From IMG/VR virus record IMGVR_UViG_3300045988_165521: DNA of 64,000 nt, one strand, 5' to 3'. Below, piece by piece: positions 56,107 through 64,000 of the stretch; within the stretch, counting starts at the first letter, position 1; every line of letters begins with the position of its first letter. This DNA comes from a virus. A model generated the notes under the pieces. The model was not told the origin of the DNA. It did not search any database and worked only from the letters and a program-made list of their open reading frames with translations. The position numbers and the translations under genes were made by a program.

Positions 56107-56709
56107 CTATTTAGGAGATTCGATAAACTCACTTGGACGATTATCCTGTTCATTTATATATTTAAAAATCTTTTTTCCAAGTTTAGCATAATCAGAATCA
56201 GCTTTACTTTTATTAGCTCTTTTTGCTAATTTTATTAAAGTTCTAGAATTTTTTCTTGAGAAAATACGTTCGCCACCAACTAAATCCATTTGAGGTTTTC
56301 CATCAGATCCAAGAATATACATTTTATCAATTTCTTTTTCATCTATATCCTCTTCAAAGTCTAATTCGTCTCCAATCTGAATTCCAGAATTAGCATTAAC
56401 TTCTAATACATATTTAGTTCTTCCTTCTTCATCTTCAGGAGTAGAAATAATTGGTTCAGAACTATGAGCTTTACCTAATACTACATTATAAACTTCATCA
56501 TCTTGATTTATAAATACTAAATCAATATCGAATTCCATTTCCTCTGTATTAAATACTACTTGACCTTGATCTTCAGGCATTATAAATAACATACCCTCGT
56601 CATCATCCATAGATTCTACATTACCTAAACCCTGAATTCTTTCTTCTTCCGTTTCTGCTATTAGAACTTTATATTCTTTATCTGCTATTTCTATTTTTAC
56701 CTCTTTCAT
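56107..56709 (-). CDS. DUF192-domain protein (200 aa)
   Basis: YKVLIAETEEERIQGLGNVESMDDDEGMLFIMPEDQGQVVFNTEEMEFDIDLVFINQDDEVYNVV...YVLEVNANSGIQIGDEL matches the DUF192 pattern (A.T...R..GLM...GMLF...M.nt..pLDi.Fi). The stop is TAG at 56107-56109. Confidence 0.6.
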   Translation of the reverse strand: MKEVKIEIADKEYKVLIAETEEERIQGLGNVESMDDDEGMLFIMPEDQGQVVFNTEEMEFDIDLVFINQDDEVYNVVLGKAHSSEPIISTPEDEEGRTKYVLEVNANSGIQIGDELDFEEDIDEKEIDKMYILGSDGKPQMDLVGGERIFSRKNSRTLIKLAKRANKSKADSDYAKLGKKIFKYINEQDNRPSEFIESPK

Positions 56710-58052
56710 TATTTCACACTTTTAATTAGTCCACTTCTATCATCTGTATTCTTTAATAGTTCATGACAAACTAATTTTCCAGCTTCAATTGCAATTTCGT
56801 TGGATGAATCTTCTTGATATGCTTTATATAAAGCCTCAAGTTTATCAGTAAATTCTTTTCTAAGTGTCCATTCTTCCTTTTCAATTTCTGCTGTCTGAAC
56901 AATTCCTCCTTCAGATTGTGCTACTACAGGAATTCCTTTTTTAGTAATTTGATCTTTTAATTCTGGATTTACATTTTCTAAATGATGTTTATGTGCATGT
57001 AAGTTTCCTTCAGGAATTAAATTCATCTTACCTCCGAGTTGGAATTTTTGTGTTTCTGTAGATTGTGTTGGTCGTTTCTGTAAGAATGCTCTAGCTTCAT
57101 CTAATTCAGGAAATTTCATTCCGTTTTTAGCCAAGGAATACATATTATCTAATCCATTATAAGTATTGAAGTTTTTACTAGCAAGAGACTGACCTATTTG
57201 ATTATTCAGTCGCTTTTTACCTGCATCTGTAATATCTAAAGTAGTATTTTGCATTCTTCTAGCTCTAGTTATAGCATTTTGGCCTTTTCGATGAAATCCA
57301 AAGTCAAATAATCCAGCTTTTTTATTACTATATTTATCAATACTATTACTGATAAATTTCTTTGAACCACTATATTCGTTACTAATATCAGATGTATTAT
57401 CTACTAATTTATTAATACGCTTTCCTCCAATACCATTAATTAAATTTAATGCAGCTCCAGCAGCCATTCCAATAGGGCCAAGCATACTTAGACCATCACT
57501 TACCATTCCTTGTATTTGAGAACCAGTACCTTCAACACGATCTTTAGTTCCTCCAATAAGATTTCCTATAGTTTTAGCTCCAGTATTAATCATTCCACCC
57601 ATAGGATTAAATTGACTTACTACATTGTGTCCTATGTCTTTAACTCCAGACATTACTTGAGCAGTAGATCCAGTTTTCTCATTTCCTACAAGGGCTGTGT
57701 TAAGATTTCCAATGAACTGGTCTCCCATTTGAAAAGCTCCTCCAAATTTGCCATTTAGCTTATTTACAGTTTCTGCTCCAGCAAATGTATCATTCTGTCA
57801 ATTTCTAACAGAATCTACAGTTTTTTGTGAAAACATACCTTTTGCGGTAGAGAAAGGATTCCTTTTATCTGCATCAGAATCAGATTTAGTATCTTTAAAA
57901 TTTCCAATATCTGATTTGATTTTATTCATAGAAGCACTAATGAAAGCATTATAGTTTCCTAAGTTAAGACCAAGCTGTTTTAACATATCTGGACTAATAA
58001 TATTCCCAGAACTAACTCCTCCTATTTCCATTTTTTTTATTCTTTTATGCAT
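56709..58052 (-). CDS. putative internal virion/ejection protein (447 aa) with a glycine-zipper segment
   Basis: Track ORFs 57798..58052 and 56709..57728 are in frame and joined by TGA at 57798. It contains LSMLGPIGMAAGAALNLINGIGG, and FQLGGKMNLIPEGNLHAHKHHLE. The stop TAA at 56709-56711 overlaps the next ATG. Confidence 0.65.
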
Positions 58053-61000
58053 AACTTTGAGTCATTAATGTTTGTAATGCAGTAATAATAACAAGTTTAT
58101 CACCTTTATATTTAACTCTAATTCTTGCATATTTATCTCGAACTTTAGTTGCCTTTAATGGAGATTCAAAATCATTAGAGCTTGTTTGTTCATAATATAT
58201 TGGTTGTACTTGGAAATACCAAGAATCTTCACTATAGTATATATTACCTAATCGTCTTCCATATTCTTTTATATTTAAACAATCTGCATGTACATTTAAG
58301 TAATATTCATTTCGAATTGGATCTCATGTAACTTCTGTTTTATATCCTTTAGATTCTTTATCTAAATAGATTTCTGGGAAATTAGCGTTTGTAGATTCAT
58401 TTTTATTAAAAGTTTTATTTCTATAAATAGCTCTTTTACTAAATTCATATACATCTCCAGTAATTTCTATTTCAATAGAATTTGGTTCAACATTATTAGA
58501 TATTATTACTAAATTGTCAAATATTTTATGAATTCCTTTTGGTTCATTAACTATAAATTCAAACTCAAAAGGTTCCTGTTTATTATATCATTTAGTAGGT
58601 AATATTTGATTTGTTTCATCACTATCAAAATAATTTATCTCATCAATAATGTTACTTCTACCATGTACGAAAATATTATATAATAGTGCCTTATTTCAAT
58701 CATCTTGATATTTCAACATGTCGAATTCTTTTAGCACCTCATAAGGAATAATAGCTCCAGCTGTATATGATCGTTCAATTCCAAAAACAATACAATTACT
58801 CATAAGATTTCCACTCTCATCTTCAGAAGGATTATCTTCTGATGAAGTTACAACATATGGAGTATATTTTACTTCAATAGTATAATATAAATAGCCTCTA
58901 TCCTCTTTTCTGTATAGATCTTTAAATTCTATTGAAAATGGAGCCGCATCCTTCTGTTCAAGATAATTAGCATAGATTATTTTCTGACGGTCCTCTTCTG
59001 ATTCAGCATCTATAGCATTTCCAACATTTTTATTTTTAATTTCAACCCAATTCTCACTTACTTCATCCATAAGCCAGGTTTCTTCATTTGCTTTGCATTC
59101 AATAAGTGAATCAGTTTTTATTTCATCTTCGTCTCAGTAATATCCTTTTATAACGACACTATTAACATTATATCCATCATATCCATCAACTGTGAAAGTA
59201 AACTTTGAGTATTCTCTATCAGAAGTAACATATTTTCCAGTTCATTCTTCTCCTACCTTTACAAGATCATCAGTTTTCCGAAGATTATTACTTATTATAC
59301 TAAATATTTTACTCTTAAGCAAATCAAAACTAAAATATGTATTATTTATATTTTCTGATAATAAAGGAACTCACGAATATCTAGTAACTCACATGCTACG
59401 TACTTCATTATAACATATATTCCAAATTTTATCATTATTATAAAAAGTGAACATAACATCATTTTTATAAGCATTAAAGTGAGTTTTAACATTTCTCGTT
59501 CCTAATGCTACTGTTTTTTCAAGTTCCTTAAGATTTATTTCATCATTAAGGAATCTTTGAATTGTAAAATCAGATATAAGTTCAAGACCTCTATCAGAAA
59601 ATCTCCAAATTTTCTTAGTATATGTATCAACACCATATACTGCCCTAGGAGTTCTTATAATAGAGTCTTTTCATATAGAACCATACATATCAGATATAAT
59701 TGTCATTTGCTTTTGTAATACTCCAGATCCATACATATGAATATTTTGCCCAGTAATAGTTTGAATAAGAGCTTTTTCATTTATTGGAACAATAGCTATA
59801 GCATGTTCAAATACAGTTAATAGATTTCCTCCTCAAGGAAGAATTTTTACTATACCTCCATATTGTCTATCTAAATCTTCATATGATAATCCTTGGAATA
59901 CCTTATATGAGTTCTTAAAGTTTCCATCTACCTGAATATCACTAAACATTATACGAGTATCAAACTCGTCAACCTCATAAGGTACATCTATGTGCTTATA
60001 ATTTCTTTTAAATCCTAGAGTAGTACTATATCCTCTATTATATAAGTTACTTTCTGGAATTTTAGCAGAAGATTTAGTAGACATACCTTGTATAGGATAA
60101 AATCCTCTTGGATTTCCCATTAATGCAATTTCTTCTGTATTAAACTCATCAATACTTCTAAGAGAAATATTATTATTAGATAATCCTTTAAATGTTACTC
60201 AACTTCCAATAGCTACTGCATTAATATCTCCAATATTTATATCATCCCAGTTTTCAGTATTTCTAATACCTTTAAAATTATCTTTTCAAGTATTAAAATC
60301 TACTATTGTATCATTTGTAGGAACTGTTTGAGAAGTGAAGTTTCTATGTAACCTAATGGTAGTTGTATAAGTAAAGCAATCACCACGATATAATATTGGA
60401 ATCATACTCCAATTAAATTCTATAGAATTACCTTCCACGTCTTTATAATCAGTAGTACAATCTGTAATATCTTTGTCTTTTATTACACTAGTATCTGTAG
60501 CATATCTATCAGATACTGCAAAGTAAGGAGAATTATCATCGATTCTTATTTGAAAATATTCCTTATTAAATGTTTCGGAGTAATTTTTTATATAAACATT
60601 ATATAATGATGATTTACCAAGTAAAGTGTTACATCCTACAAAATCAGTAAATACTCCTCTAACTAATTGAGCATCGCTTGATTCTATATCCTCTTTTCCA
60701 AAACAGGTTTGTTGTTTAATTTCTTCTTGCATTCCTGCTCTAGTACAAAAGATATTATCATTAATAATTTTCTGAGGAATATCCGAGTCTATATATAAAA
60801 GTTCGCTTGTTGTTTCTGCATTTGTACTTTCAACATTTGTTAAATCTAAGGTATAACTTCTTCCTGATGCGTTATATTGATTAAACTTGTATGCTTCTAC
60901 TAATTTATATCTATCTGAGTTAAGTAGAGATTGCATTTGCTTATCACACTTAACATCTGCTGATAATAATCCTGAATAGCTACAATTGTTACTATATATA

Positions 61001-62565
61001 AGTTTTGAATCATAATCGTTAATCAATACCTTATTTTTATTTACAAAAGATTCTGTTACAAGCTTTGGATTTTGGCCTCCTTCAGAAAGATCAAGACAAG
61101 GAACTCCACTTACAGTGTCAACTCCTATAGATAACCCAGAGAATAAAAATGTTGGAATACGCTGTTGCCTAACAAAGTAGTATCCCTTAATATTCAGTTC
61201 TTTAAGTTTATTAATTACAAATTCAGGGATTCTAATTTTTAATCCCAATGGCTTCACAGATTTTCCGTCATGATCAATAATAGTCTTATCTTTAGTAAAT
61301 CTAAATACTCCTCTTGTATTTTCTAAAGTTTCTAAAGATATAAAATCTTTATTTTCTATAGTTTCAGGATCTCTTAAGTCTATATTATAATCATAATTAC
61401 ATTTATTACTTGATATTATCTCTCCATTATCCCCTTTTTCTTTAAAATGATAAGTTGAAAGATTAAAATCAATACCTCTAAGATTATATACAGGAGATAA
61501 ATGCTCATCATTATATATAAATACTACTCCTAGTCTATAAATTTCTCCAGGGAAATATCCAAGTCTATAATATATATTATATGGAGAATAGTATTCTGCA
61601 GCAGTAATATCCCCTTTATAAATTCCATATTTATCTGTAATATATCCTATATCATGTTCTTGACATTCTTCTACATTAATATATAACGCAAGATTACTTA
61701 AAGTGGCAGAGTCTTCTTTAAGTTTTGAAACATTTGCAAAGAATAATCTATTTTGAACTTGTGCCTGGCTTTTTACAGACTCTACATAGTTATATTGTAT
61801 ATTTAAATCTTCTGCAGTTATGTCTTCAAGTTCTTCAAATCCATTAATGGTTATTGTTTGATTGACATCAGTTATTTCATAAGTCTTTTTTATTTTATGA
61901 AAATCTGTTTTAGAAATACCATTTACATCACAACTTGTTCTACTATAATATATATTTATATAACTAAAAGACGTATCTATATTCTTAAGATAAAGTATTA
62001 TAGATTTATCAGTACGTTCATCCATATAAGCTCCAACACAAGTCTTAGGATTTGATAAATCTCCTTTAAATACAGACACTATTCCTGATTCAGCAACAAT
62101 ATCAGTTTCATTATAGTCACTATCAGAATATTTTATATAAAATATATAATTCCCTCCTTTGAGAGTTCCAAAGTAATCTACATTTTTAAATTGAATCTTT
62201 GGAATTCTAGTAACGTTTCTAAATAACCTAGTTTGTTGATCTAATTCATTTTCTGTATATAAATTAGATTGTTTAATTTGGTTTCGATTTATAATTTTAT
62301 ATCTATTATTTTCTAATAACGCTACTCTAGTATTTATTATTCTAGGAGGATTTTTATCATCGTTGAATATTAAATTTGTACTTCCATCATAAGAACTTTG
62401 ACATTCTATGTCTATAGGATTTTCTAGATCTAATTTTAATTGAGAATTACTTACTGTAAAATCATCAATCTGATCATCAGATTTTTTTAAATTACGTAAA
62501 GGATTATACTCTCAAGCAATATCTCCAGTATCCTTGTACTTTTTTACTTTCAGTTTTATATCCAT
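58045..62565 (-). CDS. large structural (tail-associated?) protein (1506 aa)
   Basis: ATG at 62563-62565 (upstream in-frame TAA at 62587) to TAA at 58045-58047. It joins track ORFs 60286..62079 (whose 'start' is an internal GTG), 59833..60120 and 58696..59070, plus unlisted segments, through TGA only; I walked the gaps. The function is assigned from position only. Confidence 0.6.
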
Positions 62566-64000
62566 TATTGCCCGTCATCATATATATTAGAAATAAACTC
62601 TCTTGCTACAGAACGCGTATTATTATCTGTCTCTCTCATAAACAATTCTAAAGTAGCATCCATATTAGATCTTACTTGATCTGTAAACACCATACTTTTT
62701 ATAGCATTAGTTAATTTCACTTTATTTGCATTCTCATTATACTCATGAATAAGATACAGGTCTCCACTTTTTATATTCGGCTGTCTTTCTAATTCATCTA
62801 CTTTAATTCTTACATCACTATTCTTATTATCTATTAACCTTTGGAGTTCATATTTAAAAGATTCATCAGGAGTAACTATACAATTAAAATTGACATTTGT
62901 ATTTGTAGATATCACATTATTGTCTGCAAAAGATACTCCATTAAATATTGAATCTATTTCATCTGGAATGTCAACTCCCTCATCCATGAAATATTTTCAA
63001 TTATATGTTCCAGAAAGATTAATAGTTTTTATATATACTGGATTTATAAGAGATTCTCTATAGTTATATAAAGAATAATAAATTATATTATTTTTAGAAG
63101 ACATACAATATCTTAAACAGTATATCATCATAAGATAGGAATATATACAAGTTTTAGAAATATAAGAAGCATCTTTCTCTGAAGGCGCCTTATTAGCACA
63201 GTAATATATACAAGGTCATGAATTTTTTGTTTCATATGACATTGCAAGACAGAAATTATTTGCAGATCCGTATCTGCTAAAGAAACCAGAATCTCCAGAA
63301 TGGCTACTATCATTACCATATTTTGCATTATAGAAATTATATATATTAAATCCATAATCATCTGCATAACTTTTTGTACTAGTTGCAGAATGGCCATTTG
63401 GTTTTCAATCTGTTCTATGCCAATTAGTTCCACTTGAAATATTTAAATCTCCAAGAACACTAGGTCAGTTCTTTTCTGGAGTGAATGCTTCTGTATTCTC
63501 ACCATAATACAACTTATTGTTTTCAAACCTAATAGTAAAAGGACCTACCTCTTTCCACCAGAAACACATTGATCATTTATCTCTTCCAGAACCGTCTTTT
63601 CTAAATTCTACATATTCAGGTCTATATTCTATTGTATGAGTATCGTCTTTATCTGTAACTTTAGTTTTAGTTTTTCCAATAGGATGATATTCATATAAAT
63701 ATTTATCACTACTACTGATTTCTTTTACAATATTATATTCAGTATTTGTAACTGTAAAAGTATTAAACAAATCAAATGAAAAAGATCCATCTATTTTATT
63801 AAAGAGTAGTGTATAAGTATTGCCTTTAGAATCTATAGCCTTGCCATTGTTAACAGTAACGCCTTTAGAAGTGATTCATCTTCATAATCTACCGTCATCT
63901 CCATTTTGGTCTTTTGGAACAGATATAGTATATACTTCAGAGTTTCCTACCTTTTTAATAGAATATGTATTGCCTTGTTTAAATATAGTCTTAATTCCAA
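62565..64000 (-). CDS. structural-module protein, C-terminal part (more than 478 aa; the start lies beyond the window)
   Basis: The frame of track ORFs 62565..62987 and 63573..63770 is open from the window edge to TAA at 62565-62567 with only TGA in between. The bridging translation (…GTNWHRTDWKPNGHSATSTKSYADDYGFNIYNFYNAKYGNDSSHSGDSGFF…) looks protein-like. Confidence 0.55.

Noticed and set aside
32085-62055. There are plus-strand track ORFs within the minus-strand module: 32085.., 37847.., 40055.., 43154.., 43221.., 43653.., 44217.., 44919.., 47429.., 50645.., 51571.., 52360.., 52700.., 55309.., 57510.., 57748.., 59192.. and 61858...
   Set aside because: All lie antisense to long continuous minus-strand reading frames. 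They have hydrophobic, low-complexity translations and no start context or signals.
63128-63433. This is a 101-aa minus-strand ORF with no TGA at all, in a different frame from the ORFs at 62565.. and 63573...
   Set aside because: Its translation is Ile/Leu/Met/Gln-rich junk. The alternative frame is continuous from the window edge to 62565 with TGA=W and gives a protein-like sequence. The same reasoning applies to 46870..47055, which lies inside the 2628-aa gene.
1-64000. The heavy fragmentation of homologous genes in the ORF track could mean a degraded, pseudogenised genome or a sequencing-error-rich assembly.
   Set aside because: All internal breaks that I traced are TGA, in frame. None is TAA, TAG or a frameshift. 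The bridging translations read as conserved protein (RNR, PolB, ligase, dUTPase, primase). Random decay would not produce this.
1-64000. TGA could be read as Gly (table 25, SR1/Gracilibacteria-type). PEYTEE[TGA]DAGCDV in dUTPase would fit a GDAG consensus.
   Set aside because: The two best-anchored positions (nrdJ 8351 and 9287) align with conserved Trp in class II RNRs as I recall them. Contexts such as ERWRIYF, LFWDAIKNWN and KEVWRHVG also favour Trp. The matter is still worth testing by alignment.
1-64000. I looked for a CRISPR array, tandem repeats, rRNA, integrase/attachment sites or lysogeny genes.
   Set aside because: I saw no periodic direct repeats, no rRNA-like or tRNA-like segments, and no integrase or repressor motifs. 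The only repeats I can support are the short inverted repeats and the dispersed intron core blocks listed above.

Overview
This is an AT-rich dsDNA phage segment (roughly 70% A+T by eye) with two convergent modules that meet at hairpin terminators near 27.34-27.42 kb.

**Plus strand, 1-27.3 kb: replication, recombination and nucleotide metabolism.** It encodes an AAA_24/Sak4-like ATPase, an SSB-like protein, a TOPRIM primase, a resolvase-like nuclease, a pyrophosphohydrolase-deoxynucleotidase fusion and a PD-(D/E)XK exonuclease. It also encodes a class II RNR, dUTPase, an SF1 helicase, an ATP-dependent ligase, a P-loop kinase and a family B DNA polymerase. Thioredoxin, ThyX, a VWA + MoxR-like ATPase pair and a dNMP kinase complete the module.

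**Minus strand, 27.4-64 kb: a tightly packed string of very large genes.** After re-joining they are 1478, 2944, 2628, 631, 1536, 109, 200, 447, 1506 and more than 478 aa. The 2944-aa product is a single-polypeptide RNA polymerase-like protein with a beta-prime-type DxDxD motif and a C-terminal HExxH domain. This layout is the one known from crAss-like (Crassvirales-like) phages. That assignment is an inference; no database search was possible.

**Main observations:**
1. The supplied ORF track uses the standard code, but in this window TGA is a sense codon, best read as Trp (table 4), in both modules. Most track ORFs are fragments, and I re-joined them by walking the gaps codon by codon. Every internal break is TGA, and every real gene end is TAA or TAG.
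2. Five related group I introns interrupt conserved catalytic motifs: ATPase Walker A, the HAD motif of the nucleotidase, the ThyX RHR/STRY region, the MoxR-like ATPase Walker B/NRA region and the RNAP DxDxD triad. One scaffold carries three homing-endonuclease families (LAGLIDADG, HNH, GIY-YIG) in different peripheral loops, plus one non-endonuclease-looking ORF. Two further free-standing endonucleases are present.
3. Bacteroidota-style TTTG-N19/20-TAnnTTTG promoter motifs sit upstream of the endonuclease genes and of one small GC-rich gene.
4. A short K-Y-Q-x-G-G tag recurs at the extreme N termini, and internally, of consecutive putative virion or ejection proteins.

I saw no tRNA, rRNA or CRISPR array in this window.
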